Shown piece after piece: positions 29,208 to 39,133 of a stretch of 64,000 nucleotides of DNA. How positions within the stretch are numbered: position 1 is the first letter of the stretch; the number at the start of each line of letters is the position of its first letter. A program made the translations under genes and the position numbers. The stretch spans positions 2,016,001 to 2,080,000 of the forward strand of contig CP122380.1 in NCBI GenBank assembly GCA_024650005.2, given 5' to 3'. Source of the DNA: Candidatus Bathyarchaeum tardum (lineage in GTDB: Archaea > Thermoproteota > Bathyarchaeia > Bathyarchaeales > Bathyarchaeaceae). Under the pieces are notes generated by a model that searched no databases, was not told the origin of the DNA, and was given only the letters and a program-made list of their open reading frames with translations.

Positions 29208-30719
29208 CTAGAGTCCTTGCTTGAGTCTCCGATAAGTGTGATAATCCACATACTCTAGGTTTTCATTTTCAATCTGATGATTAACCGTAAACTTTTGCCG
29301 ATTTCTTTTCTCCAATATTTGGCTTGTCGTCAAGAAAGAATATGCATCGCTTCCAGCCCCAGAACCATAACTAGTAAGAACAATTCGCTCATCTGGTTTT
29401 GCAATATCTAGAACTGCAGCTAAACCTATGGGGGCAGCTCCTGAGTACGTATTTCCAAAGTTAGTGACTTTTATACTAGGCAAGTATTGTTCTTCTTTGA
29501 ATCCTAGTTGTTTTGCAATTTTAACTGGAAAACTGGGATTAGGTTGATGAGGGACAAAATAGTCTACGTCATCTATTGTAAGGCTAAGTTGTTCCATTAG
29601 TTTTTTGCATGCTTTTTGGACATGTTTAAAGTATGCAGGTTTTCCTGTGAATCTGCCTCCGTGTCGAGGGTAAGCTTGCATGTCACGCCTCCAAAAGTCT
29701 GGAGTATCAGAAGTACATGAGTACCATCCTTCAACTTCAGCGATGATGTCTTGCATTCCAAAAATGAAGGCAGCACCACCAAAACCAACGAAGTGATCTA
29801 GTTCTCCGCCTATCTCGTTTCTGGGAGCAGATTGAGAATTATCTGAACCGATAGCCATTGCATAAGAAATGTTACTTTTTGGATAATGAACAAGGGCTGA
29901 AGCATCTTTGAACATGCTTGTAGCAGCTTTGCAAGCAAATTCTGTGTCCACGGCATCGATGCTTTGGACAAAATCTGCTTTTTCTTCTTTGCCTAGTTTT
30001 AGTACTTGGGCTACTTTAGAAGCAATTGGATTAACAGCATATGGATTTGACTCAGACCCAACGTAAACTTTTCCAATATTTTGGTTGTCTACACCTGAAT
30101 GGATTAGAGCCATTTTTCCGGCTTCTACTGCTGCAGTAACTGCATCTTCATCAATAAAGGGAACCGAGCGTTCCATTTTTCCTTCTTTGATTCTGAATTT
30201 TGAAGTGTAAACACCATACCCAACGATTCCGGGTGTTTGATATTGTTTTTTAGGTTTGTAAATTTCATACTTTTGATAAGGATAGTATCCATCTGCAACA
30301 GAAAAAGCTAAAGACACGGTAGGAATAACATCGCTTTCTCCTACAGTGTATCTTCTTCGGAATCGGGGAACAACATTTTTTCCGTCAAAACAAGAAATGT
30401 CTTCTTTTTTGCCATTAATCAAAATGTCAGTTAATCGTCCAGGAACACGGATTTTTCCGCTGTGAAATGCAACAATCCCGTAAAAGTATGAACCCATTTT
30501 GACGAACCGATTAGTGGGTTGACTTACAATAGTAGAAACTTCAAGGCTGCCTTGGTCGTAGAAGAAGTCGATGTCTTTCATCTTTCCGAAACTTTTTCGC
30601 CCACAACTGCCACAGTAGTTTTTGCCACGGAAGTATTCCTTTTCACATATAGTGCATAGGCTACCTCGGAGTCTGTCTCCAATATATGAAACACGCCGCT
30701 CTATAGGTTCACTGCTCAA
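29208..30719 (-). CDS. Hydroxymethylglutaryl-CoA synthase with N-terminal DUF35 (Zn-ribbon/OB) fusion
   Basis: CTIC..CGSC plus OB fold at N-terminus; GSES, EFACKAAT, HQPN, GNTYSG, SYGSGAGSD. Confidence 0.9.
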   Translation of the reverse strand: MSSEPIERRVSYIGDRLRGSLCTICEKEYFRGKNYCGSCGRKSFGKMKDIDFFYDQGSLEVSTIVSQPTNRFVKMGSYFYGIVAFHSGKIRVPGRLTDILINGKKEDISCFDGKNVVPRFRRRYTVGESDVIPTVSLAFSVADGYYPYQKYEIYKPKKQYQTPGIVGYGVYTSKFRIKEGKMERSVPFIDEDAVTAAVEAGKMALIHSGVDNQNIGKVYVGSESNPYAVNPIASKVAQVLKLGKEEKADFVQSIDAVDTEFACKAATSMFKDASALVHYPKSNISYAMAIGSDNSQSAPRNEIGGELDHFVGFGGAAFIFGMQDIIAEVEGWYSCTSDTPDFWRRDMQAYPRHGGRFTGKPAYFKHVQKACKKLMEQLSLTIDDVDYFVPHQPNPSFPVKIAKQLGFKEEQYLPSIKVTNFGNTYSGAAPIGLAAVLDIAKPDERIVLTSYGSGAGSDAYSFLTTSQILEKRNRQKFTVNHQIENENLEYVDYHTYRRLKQGL

Positions 30720-31924
30720 TTTGTGTTCCTCCCTAAAATGTGGATGTAAGCTTTCGTACCAAAGCCTTCTAATTCTGAAACAAGACCCAGTTTTGGCAGT
30801 TCTCCATTTATTTTTACTTGTCGGCTATCTGCATCTCCTCTTAACTGTTTAACAATTTCAAAGATTTGGGCACCTCCTGTAGCACCCAAGGGATTGCCGT
30901 CGGCTTTTAGACCACCATTTAAGTTCACGAAGAGTTTTCGACCATCTATTTCGTAGAAGTTTTTGTAGTCGTGACAACTGTTGTAGATGTCAAGCCATGC
31001 TTTTCCTTTCTTGCAAAAACCAAGGTCTTCTAACGAAAGCATTTCTAGAAGGGTTGATTGGTCATACAATTGAGTCAGTTGAATGTCAGCTACATTGACG
31101 TTAGCTTGTTTGATAGCAGTTTCCATGGCTAAAGTATTTGCTGTGAATCCAGTTCGGTTTTGTCGTGAAGGAAAAGTGATATAATCAGTAGCTGAAGCAG
31201 AACCTAATACATAAACAGGAATTTTTGAACATTTTTTTGCTGCTTTAGGGCTTGCAATAATTAGGGCAGATGCACCATCAGAAACAGGGGCAAAATCAAA
31301 TAATCCTAAGGATTTACAGGTGTTATTTCGCGCATTTGTAACTGTGTCCAATGTTATGGGGCTTGTGTATTGAGCAAAAGGGTTTTTAGTGGCGTTTTGA
31401 TGGTTTTTTACAGAGATTTGTGCAAGAGCAGTGTACAGTTTTTCTAGTTGTTCTCCAGTTATTCCGTATTTTTTGATGTAGCCTTTGAGTAAAAGGTCAT
31501 GATTTGCTTCGGGAGTGCAACCCGCGTAGTAGCTCCATGGATCTTCGAGGAGCATAAGGTCATCTCTGATTTTGTCCCATCTGTCGGTCATTTTTTCCAT
31601 GCCACCGACTAGGACGATATTGTATTTTCCTGCTTGAATTGCGTGGCAAGCATTCAAAAGTGCTGAACTGAAGGAACGGGTTTTTTCCATGGGAACATGA
31701 AGTTCCAAAAGCTCGGAAAAGAAACCTTCTTCTAATCCGATTTTGTTTGTGACTTGAAGAAAGTAATCTGAAAGATAACAGGCATCCAATTCTTTTCTTG
31801 TAACGCCCGCAGAATCTAATGCTTGGAGTCCAGCTTCGTCGATTAAAGACTCTGGGTCTTTTTCGTAATGTTCTCCAAATTTTGTCCTGCCGACTCCGAT
31901 AATAGCAGGGTTTTGTGAGTTCAT
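30716..31924 (-). CDS. Thiolase-family protein with degenerate catalytic residues
   Basis: IIGVGRTKFG, GGMEKMT, KNH.NA..NP.AQ, PVSDGASA, NLNGGLKA.GNPLGATG. Confidence 0.88.
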   Translation of the reverse strand: MNSQNPAIIGVGRTKFGEHYEKDPESLIDEAGLQALDSAGVTRKELDACYLSDYFLQVTNKIGLEEGFFSELLELHVPMEKTRSFSSALLNACHAIQAGKYNIVLVGGMEKMTDRWDKIRDDLMLLEDPWSYYAGCTPEANHDLLLKGYIKKYGITGEQLEKLYTALAQISVKNHQNATKNPFAQYTSPITLDTVTNARNNTCKSLGLFDFAPVSDGASALIIASPKAAKKCSKIPVYVLGSASATDYITFPSRQNRTGFTANTLAMETAIKQANVNVADIQLTQLYDQSTLLEMLSLEDLGFCKKGKAWLDIYNSCHDYKNFYEIDGRKLFVNLNGGLKADGNPLGATGGAQIFEIVKQLRGDADSRQVKINGELPKLGLVSELEGFGTKAYIHILGRNTN

Positions 31925-32038
31925 AAATTCAACGGCCTCGTTTAGTGGGATTGTATTTTTGCAAATAACATCCTTTAAAGAGTTATCCTTCTCCACGGCT
32001 AAAAACGTTGTTTATGCTAATTTTTTGGTGATTTTTTA

Positions 32039-32554
32039 TTGTTTTTAGTTAATCACAAAAAAATGGAGCGACAAATCATTTATGTGAAAGCCATCGGTAT
32101 TCGTAAGATAATAGCGGTGAAGTCAGTGGTTAAATTTGGTATTAGTGCCCTAGTTTTGGACTCATTTATTGATCCGTCTGGGATAACTGATGTTCTTTTT
32201 TCACTAATTTCGTTTGCAGTAATCTTTGCAATTTTATCTGTTGTTTTGTATGTAGCAGGAAACATTGTAGTTGGCCGCAAAAGGACCTGCATGAAAGATG
32301 CTTTTTGCATTTCTGTTCTTGGAACCCTTGTTTTAATTGTTTGTAATTCTGTTTTCAGTTTTGAAATAGCATCTGTTTTGTCATTAATTGCGTGGTTGCT
32401 TTTGGTCAGATATTACTATGAAACAGATGTGCTAGGATCGATAGCCGTGGGTGTAGCGTCAGTCGTTATTTCAATTGTTATTTTGTATATTTTGAGTTTT
32501 GGTTTAGGGTATTCTTTGTTTTTTAGTTGGTTACCTGTTTTTATTGGCGTTTAA
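32039..32554 (+). CDS. Hypothetical membrane protein
   Basis: Several TM helices; start uncertain. Confidence 0.65.
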   Translation: MFLVNHKKMERQIIYVKAIGIRKIIAVKSVVKFGISALVLDSFIDPSGITDVLFSLISFAVIFAILSVVLYVAGNIVVGRKRTCMKDAFCISVLGTLVLIVCNSVFSFEIASVLSLIAWLLLVRYYYETDVLGSIAVGVASVVISIVILYILSFGLGYSLFFSWLPVFIGV

Positions 32555-32584
32555 TATTGGTTCAATAAAATGGAGACAAACTAG

Positions 32585-33118
32585 GTGACCCCGAAGAAGA
32601 AAACTGTTGCCTTAGGTTTGGTTTTTGTTTTATTACTGTTTTTTGCATATACTGAAAATAACTCTTTCTTTGCAAGTGTTGGGGACGTTTTTGCAAATCC
32701 ATTAGTGGCTATTTTCTTTGTTTTTGTGCACAACGTGTTAGTGGTATCGCTTATCCTTCTTGGAATGACATTTTATGTTGACCTAGTAATGAATTTCATG
32801 GCAAACCGGGAAGAAGAGCATGTAATCATTAATAATCCACGGATTTTCGCATTTATTTTTACGCTGATAATAATTTTTATTAGTATTCTGCGAGCAAGCA
32901 CACTGGTCTATGGACAAGTTTTCTTGAACACACTAATTTTCGCCATCATATTGAGCACTCCAAACGCAATTCTTGAAGGATACGGACTTTTTCAAACCAT
33001 AAAAAGAACATTAAACCGCAAAGTGACAACTAAAGCCCTTGCAGCCATTTATTTACTGTTTTTTGTGGCCGCAGTTATAGAAGTGGGTTATGTATATCTT
33101 TTAAGGGCAGTAATTTAA
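32585..33118 (+). CDS. Membrane protein, SpoIIM-like
   Basis: IF..N, P..ILE and AAVIE motifs. Confidence 0.65.
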   Translation: MTPKKKTVALGLVFVLLLFFAYTENNSFFASVGDVFANPLVAIFFVFVHNVLVVSLILLGMTFYVDLVMNFMANREEEHVIINNPRIFAFIFTLIIIFISILRASTLVYGQVFLNTLIFAIILSTPNAILEGYGLFQTIKRTLNRKVTTKALAAIYLLFFVAAVIEVGYVYLLRAVI

Positions 33119-33141
33119 ACTAATGACTTATGTAAATGATG

Positions 33142-33393
33142 TTATTGCGGTTCGGGTTTTATCTGTTCAGTAATAATCATGGTTGTTGTAAGGAAAACAT
33201 CTGGCAACACACGAAGTTTTTCTGTCAAAAATTGGTCCATATGAGCGATGTCTTCTGCTTGTATTTTGATGACGATATCATTTTCTCCGATTACTAGGTT
33301 CGCTTCAACAACCTCTTTGAATTTTGAAATCTGTTTCAAGAAATCACGCTCTGAACCAGAATTCACGGTGATAAGAACATAAGCAAACAACAA
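33142..33393 (-). CDS. Lrp/AsnC ligand-binding (RAM) domain protein
   Basis: AYVLI...V.EA..V.GE.DIVIK....T.TMI. Confidence 0.88.
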   Translation of the reverse strand: MLFAYVLITVNSGSERDFLKQISKFKEVVEANLVIGENDIVIKIQAEDIAHMDQFLTEKLRVLPDVFLTTTMIITEQIKPEPQ

Positions 33394-33515
33394 TTTTACC
33401 TCTAGATGATGGTTATCTTACAAGAAATTAACTGTTTGGATTAAAATCAATGTAAAACTTGTTTTCCAAAAACATGTTAACTGAAAGTTGGGTAACGTAT
33501 CGTTTATTTTTTTAA

Positions 33516-33598
33516 TTTCAGAAAAAGCTGATTTTCAACATTACATTGGTATTAGCAGACAGATAATAGTTCATTGTTGAAACAACCTTTTTTCTGAA
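33516..33598. mobile_element. MITE-like element: imperfect ~24-bp terminal inverted repeats of the dispersed repeat family
   Basis: Left TTCAGAAAAAGCTGATTTTCAACA; right TGTTGAAACAACCTTTTTTCTGAA; ~34-bp spacer; no clear target-site duplication. Confidence 0.45.
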
Positions 33599-33703
33599 CA
33601 TCCAAGAGATAAAAAAAGTCTTCATTACAATAAACAAACACCAACAAACAGCACATGAAAATATATCAGGGTCTCCTGCCTTCAATATTTAGAAGTGATA
33701 TTA

Positions 33704-34612
33704 ATGTATGATGTGATAATTCTTGGTTCAGGACCTGCAGGACTAACATCTGCAATTTACACCAGCAGAGCAGGATTAAAGACACTAGTTGTCGCAGGAG
33801 CCATGTGGGGGGGACAGTTAATGCTTACTAGAGAAGTTGAAAACTTTCCCGGATTTGAAAACGGAATCCTTGGACCAGAACTTATGAGCACAATAAAAAA
33901 ACAAGCTGAACGATGCGGCGCAGAAATAATTTATGAACAGGCTACTGCTGTAGACCTAAAATCTAAGCCCTTTAAAATAACAGCAGGAAAAGTCTACGAA
34001 GCAAAAACAGTCATCATAGCCACAGGCGCCTTAGCCAAATGGTTAGGTCTAGAAAGCGAAACTCGACTTAGGGGGAAAGGGGTTTCAGTTTGCGCAACAT
34101 GTGATGCACCATTTTTCAGAAACAAAAACGTTGTAGTGGTAGGAGGGGGCGACACTGCAATGGAAGAAGCCCTGTTTTTGGCCAACGTCGTAAATGACGT
34201 CAAAGTTATTCATCGCAGAGATAAATTACGAGCAAGCAAATGGCTTCAAAACAGCGCCTTCAAAAACCCAAAAATTTCCTTTGTGTGGAACAGTACAGTA
34301 ACCAAAGTTTTAGGTGAAAATATAGTAGAAGGAGTTAAACTTAAAAACGTTGAATCTGGAGAAGAATCTACCTTTCCCTGCGATGCAGTCTTTTTGGCGA
34401 TTGGTTACAAACCAAACACAGAAATCTTCAAAAATCAAATAGAAATGGATGAAACAGGTTACATAATAGTTCACGACGAAACACGAACAAATATTGAAGG
34501 AGTCTTTGTTGCAGGTGACGTAGCAGATTACCGTTACCGTCAAGCTATTGCAGCTGCAGGGTCAGGATGTAAAGCTGCCCTTGATGCAGAAAAATATTTA
34601 CTAGGAAATTAA
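33704..34612 (+). CDS. trxB: Thioredoxin reductase
   Basis: GSGPAG, CATCD, GGGDTA.EEA, AGDV..YRQA. Confidence 0.96.
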   Translation: MYDVIILGSGPAGLTSAIYTSRAGLKTLVVAGAMWGGQLMLTREVENFPGFENGILGPELMSTIKKQAERCGAEIIYEQATAVDLKSKPFKITAGKVYEAKTVIIATGALAKWLGLESETRLRGKGVSVCATCDAPFFRNKNVVVVGGGDTAMEEALFLANVVNDVKVIHRRDKLRASKWLQNSAFKNPKISFVWNSTVTKVLGENIVEGVKLKNVESGEESTFPCDAVFLAIGYKPNTEIFKNQIEMDETGYIIVHDETRTNIEGVFVAGDVADYRYRQAIAAAGSGCKAALDAEKYLLGN

Positions 34613-34727
34613 AAATTGCAAACATAATGAAAGGGTATTCAAATAATCTAACAAAACTTTTAGCAGTGACACTACATAGTTGAATTGAACAGTTCTAATC
34701 TGACCTTTAACAAATTGGAAGAGTAGT

Positions 34728-35957
34728 TTGATGAGTGTACAATCTTATTCGAAAAAGTTAGGAATCGTAGGCAAACCAAATACAGGTAAATCTACTTTTT
34801 TTTCAGCTGCAACTCTGATTCCAGTTGATATTGGTAACTACCCTTTCACTACAATCAAACCTAACCGTGGAATAGGATACTTGAGGACTCCTTGTGTCCA
34901 TCCAGAGTTTGAAATCGAAGACAACCCAAACAATTCTTTGTGTCTGGATGGAATCCGACTGGTTCCGATTGAAATGATAGACGTAGCAGGAATTGTCCCC
35001 GGAGCATGGGAAGGACGAGGACTGGGAAACCAATTCCTAGATGAACTCAGACGAGCAGATGCACTTCTTCACGTAGTTGACGCTTCCGGTTCAACAGATT
35101 GCGAGGGCAGAATCTGCAAAAAAGGAGAACATGACCCCTTAGAGGATGTAAAATTTCTTGAAACTGAAATAACCATGTGGATGAACCAAATACTCAAAAA
35201 AGATTGGGCAAAAATTGCTAGAACTGCAGGAGCAGGAAAAGAAGACTTGGTTTCTCTTCTTGAGTCACGTTTAACTGGATTAGGCATCAAACGTTTCCAT
35301 ATAGTTGAAAGCTTAAGAAAATCAGACCTTAGAGCAGATAAACCTGTTTTGTGGAACAATGATGATCTGATTAAATTTTTAGATATACTAAGAAGTAGTT
35401 CCAAGCCAACAATAATTGTGGCGAACAAGATTGACTGTCCCCATGCCGAAGAAAATGTTGAAAGACTAAAACAAAGTGGACACAAAGTTGTAGCTTGTTG
35501 TGCAGAAGCAGAACTTGCCCTCCGAAGAGCAGCAGAAAATGGGTTAATCAATTACACTCCAGGCGATTGTAAATTAACCATAACAAAATCAGACAAGCTT
35601 AATCAGGCACAAGAAAATGCCCTAAATAAAATTCAAGAAAATATTCTATACAAATTTGGTTCCACAGGAGTGCAAGAAGCAATTAACACTGCATTTATTG
35701 AATTGCTACAGATGGTTGCTGTTTACCCAGTAGAAGACGTGGAACACCTAAGCGACCATAAAGGCAGAGTTCTACCCGATGTTTACCTTGTGCCCTTTGG
35801 CACTACAGCACGACAACTGGCATACATAATCCACACAGAACTTGGAGACAGTTTCATTCACGCAATCGACATTCGAGGCAAAACCCGAATAGGAGAAGAC
35901 TACGTCTTGAAAGATCGAGACGTAATTTCTATAGTGAGTGCCAAAAAACGAGGCTAA
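34728..35957 (+). CDS. ychF: Obg-family GTPase/ATPase YchF with TGS domain
   Basis: GKPNTGKST, YPFTT, DVAG, NKID, C-terminal TGS domain. Confidence 0.93.
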   Translation: MMSVQSYSKKLGIVGKPNTGKSTFFSAATLIPVDIGNYPFTTIKPNRGIGYLRTPCVHPEFEIEDNPNNSLCLDGIRLVPIEMIDVAGIVPGAWEGRGLGNQFLDELRRADALLHVVDASGSTDCEGRICKKGEHDPLEDVKFLETEITMWMNQILKKDWAKIARTAGAGKEDLVSLLESRLTGLGIKRFHIVESLRKSDLRADKPVLWNNDDLIKFLDILRSSSKPTIIVANKIDCPHAEENVERLKQSGHKVVACCAEAELALRRAAENGLINYTPGDCKLTITKSDKLNQAQENALNKIQENILYKFGSTGVQEAINTAFIELLQMVAVYPVEDVEHLSDHKGRVLPDVYLVPFGTTARQLAYIIHTELGDSFIHAIDIRGKTRIGEDYVLKDRDVISIVSAKKRG

Positions 35958-35964
35958 AAAATTT

Positions 35965-36747
35965 TTATTTCCCAAAACGGCGTTTTCGTCGCTGGTATGT
36001 TCGAACTGCACGTAAAAGGTCGATATGCCTAAAATCGGGCCAGTTTACATCTACAAAGCAGAGTTCACTGTAAGCAGACTGCCAAGAAAGAAAACCACTA
36101 AGTCGTTCTTCTCCTGATGTTCGAATAATTAAATCTGCATCTTGTCTAGGCATATGAGCAGTATACAAGTAATTTTCAAAAAGGTTCTCGGTAATATCTT
36201 CGGATTTTAGGTCACCATTTTGTACTTTTTCAACAATTTTCTTGGTAGCATCAACAATTTCGGCACGACCACCATAAGCCAATGCTATGTTCAAAAGCCG
36301 GTCAGGATACATTTTTGTTGATTCTTCAACATGATGAATTACTTCTTGTATAGAGTTGGGTAAAAGATCAATACGACCTATTGCTTTAACGCGGATTTTA
36401 TTTTCATGAATCATATCATTTTCGGGAATTAAACGCAGGTTCTCTTCAATTAGTTTCATGATTTCGTTTACTTCTTCTTGAGGCCGACGAAAGTTCTCAG
36501 TTGAAAAAGCATACAATGTAATGAATTTAACATCTAACTCGATACACCAATCCATCAATTCATTGATTTTATTGGCACCATGACGATGACCAATCCAAGG
36601 AATAAGAGATTTCTGAGAAGCCCACCTCCGGTTCCCATCAAGTATTATAGCAACATGTTCAGGTTTTTTTCCCTTTTTGACTTGAAGACTTAACCATTTC
36701 TCGTAGACTTTGTAAACACCCAAAAGAGAAAGCAAACGTTCAATCAT
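35965..36747 (-). CDS. uppS: cis-prenyltransferase (undecaprenyl diphosphate synthase)
   Basis: ILDGNRRW, FSTENF.R, YGGR.EI, IRTSGE.RLSGF, RRFG. Confidence 0.96.
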   Translation of the reverse strand: MIERLLSLLGVYKVYEKWLSLQVKKGKKPEHVAIILDGNRRWASQKSLIPWIGHRHGANKINELMDWCIELDVKFITLYAFSTENFRRPQEEVNEIMKLIEENLRLIPENDMIHENKIRVKAIGRIDLLPNSIQEVIHHVEESTKMYPDRLLNIALAYGGRAEIVDATKKIVEKVQNGDLKSEDITENLFENYLYTAHMPRQDADLIIRTSGEERLSGFLSWQSAYSELCFVDVNWPDFRHIDLLRAVRTYQRRKRRFGK

Positions 36748-36891
36748 AATTTTTTGCCACACAAAGTAGATGAAGTTATCATTAATTTCGGTTTGCCTAG
36801 AGTTTTCATGTTTTGGAACATGCAAACGAAGTACATACACTAAGCTGTTACATAATAAGCTTTCAATCAAAAGCGGAAAAAAATAATGGGA

Positions 36892-38058
36892 CTATTCTTC
36901 TTCAAAATCCTCTAAGGTTTGATCAGTTTTTTTGAAATAATCACTGTATTTTCTACGCAAGAGAAGGGCAGTTAAGAAGGCAGAAACTATTACAGGTATG
37001 CCACCAACAATAGAATAAACTAACGACATATAATCGAAAGTAGGGTTAATAAGAATGTTTGATGCTTCAACAAACATAACCGAGGACCAAGCAACACCAA
37101 TTACGATAACAACAGTGCGCCATAGTCGCAAGTCATGTTCAAGAAACCATCGAACAGCCCTGCCTGAAAGAATGACACAAATACCAACAGCTATGAGATA
37201 AGTTGACTCTCCAATGAATTCTCCAACAAGTCTAGGAACAATAGCAAAGGGATTAGGCTCTACAGACGCCACTGTTGCCACTGCAGTTCCTCCTAAATAA
37301 CCACCCACAATAATTACCAATACACCTGCGAGAGCGGAAAAGCCAGCAATTTGCACAGTAAATGGTGGCGGTGAATACTCTTTTGTCCATTTAACAAAAC
37401 TATATACAGTTTTGTCGACCCCAAACCCCCTCCAAACAAGAAAGGCCCCAACAATCAACACGAGTGCTTGAACAGCGTAAGCAAAATAATCAAAGATTGC
37501 TAAAACACCTAAAACCAAGAGAAGGATACCAGGTAAGCCTAAAACAATTCGAGAATACCTAGGGTTTTCCACAAGGAGCTTCATGTACCTTGAAAAAATT
37601 GCAGCAGATTCTTCGATTGACTTGCTATGCTGTATTATAACACGTCGAACAGATGTAACAGGAACTCTTGATTCAATGAGGGGCAACACCATCTCATCAG
37701 TGTAGCCATCAGTAACTAAGATAACGTCGGTCGCATGGAAAGCTTCCAAAACTTCAGTTAGCTCTAACACAAGTTGCCGGTCTGCTTCAACACCTTCCAA
37801 ATCAGAACCCGCTATTGTTGCAACTTGATATTCTTCTTGGCCCTTGGCACTTTTCTTTAGATTGTCATAAATTCTAACAGCTTCAAACATAGCGTTGGCG
37901 TCTGCTTCTTCAGGATCACGAAGAGCTAAACTTGCAGCTGCATTCACGTTCTCTTTTCTTCCAAGAATAGGCGTGTTTATTCCAGCTTTCATGCCTATGT
38001 CATCGTCTCGGTCAACACATAAAATTAGAACGCGTTCAGATTTTGCTGCTGTGGGCAT
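36892..38058 (-). CDS. DUF373 family membrane protein
   Basis: LCVDRDDD.G, DPEEADAN, VTDG..DE; adjacent to uppS as is common in archaea. Confidence 0.88.
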   Translation of the reverse strand: MPTAAKSERVLILCVDRDDDIGMKAGINTPILGRKENVNAAASLALRDPEEADANAMFEAVRIYDNLKKSAKGQEEYQVATIAGSDLEGVEADRQLVLELTEVLEAFHATDVILVTDGYTDEMVLPLIESRVPVTSVRRVIIQHSKSIEESAAIFSRYMKLLVENPRYSRIVLGLPGILLLVLGVLAIFDYFAYAVQALVLIVGAFLVWRGFGVDKTVYSFVKWTKEYSPPPFTVQIAGFSALAGVLVIIVGGYLGGTAVATVASVEPNPFAIVPRLVGEFIGESTYLIAVGICVILSGRAVRWFLEHDLRLWRTVVIVIGVAWSSVMFVEASNILINPTFDYMSLVYSIVGGIPVIVSAFLTALLLRRKYSDYFKKTDQTLEDFEEE

Positions 38059-38165
38059 ATTTGCTCTCCTTATAGTAATAGGTTACTGGGAGGCACACTT
38101 TAATTTTGTCTTTATTCCTTTGTATTCACACCTACAAGAACAGATGTTTCAGAATCAAAAACAAA

Positions 38166-39038
38166 TTAAAGCAACCCTTTTTCAGCTAAAATTTGGAATT
38201 CTTCCCACAAAAGTTTCTCGCCATTCTTCAATTTCGCCACAGCACGCTCTTCAAGTTCTTGTTTTAGTTCATCTTGACGCACTGCTTTCTTTTGATCCGC
38301 TGTTTCTTTCAAATCTTGCTGAATTTCTTTTATTTGTTTAATCAACTCAACACATTTTTCATGTTTTTCTTGAGCGAGTTTTCGGGATTCAACATAATTT
38401 TTGTGGGCTTCATCAGCCTCAGCTTGAAGTTCCTTAGACTTTTCCAGAATACTAATCATCTGTGTATGGAATTTTTGGCTTTGTTCAGCCAAGTCAGAAA
38501 GTTTGTCATGAAAAGTTTTTGCTTCAGATCCAAAACTTCTTTGCTCTGAACGCAACTCATACAATTGGTCTTTGACTTTCTTTATGCGTTTTTGAGCTAC
38601 CAACTGGGTTTCAAGTTCGCGTACTTGATTAATTAATTGTTGTTCTTCTTTAAGCGGCAAAGAATTTGTTTGAATTTCCCAATCGATTTCTTCAATTCTT
38701 TTAGCAACCTGCCTCAGGTTTCCTTTTGGGCTGTCTTCCTTTAGGTCATTAATTTTTTCTTGCAATTCAGAAATCTTACCGCGTTTTTCTTTGCCTTTAG
38801 CAGCTACATTATTTCGCAGATTTTTTAGGTCCTGAACTTGTTTGTTTATTGCATCTCGATTTTCTTTGAATACAGCAACATCCTTTCGGATGTTTTTAAT
38901 TCGTTCATTGAGTTTGTTTCTTTTTTCTGCCCACTTCTTTGCTTCTAGATTTAATTGGTTTCTTTCTTCCTTGAGGGGAATTAACTCTTGGTTTAGGTCA
39001 TCGATTTTGTTTTTTGTAGCGTTGGATATTTTCTTCAC
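38166..39038 (-). CDS. Archaeal coiled-coil protein (COG1340-like)
   Basis: All-helical K/E-rich; IDWEIQT..L....E and C-terminal KLK.GEKL..EE. Confidence 0.82.
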   Translation of the reverse strand: MKKISNATKNKIDDLNQELIPLKEERNQLNLEAKKWAEKRNKLNERIKNIRKDVAVFKENRDAINKQVQDLKNLRNNVAAKGKEKRGKISELQEKINDLKEDSPKGNLRQVAKRIEEIDWEIQTNSLPLKEEQQLINQVRELETQLVAQKRIKKVKDQLYELRSEQRSFGSEAKTFHDKLSDLAEQSQKFHTQMISILEKSKELQAEADEAHKNYVESRKLAQEKHEKCVELIKQIKEIQQDLKETADQKKAVRQDELKQELEERAVAKLKNGEKLLWEEFQILAEKGLL

Positions 39039-39133
39039 TTCCTAGGTTCGACCTTGTTTTGTGATGCTTGTGGAGTTTATTTCACGTTTTTGATAAATCT
39101 GCAAGTGGTGATGTAAGTTCTAAAATAAGAGGT

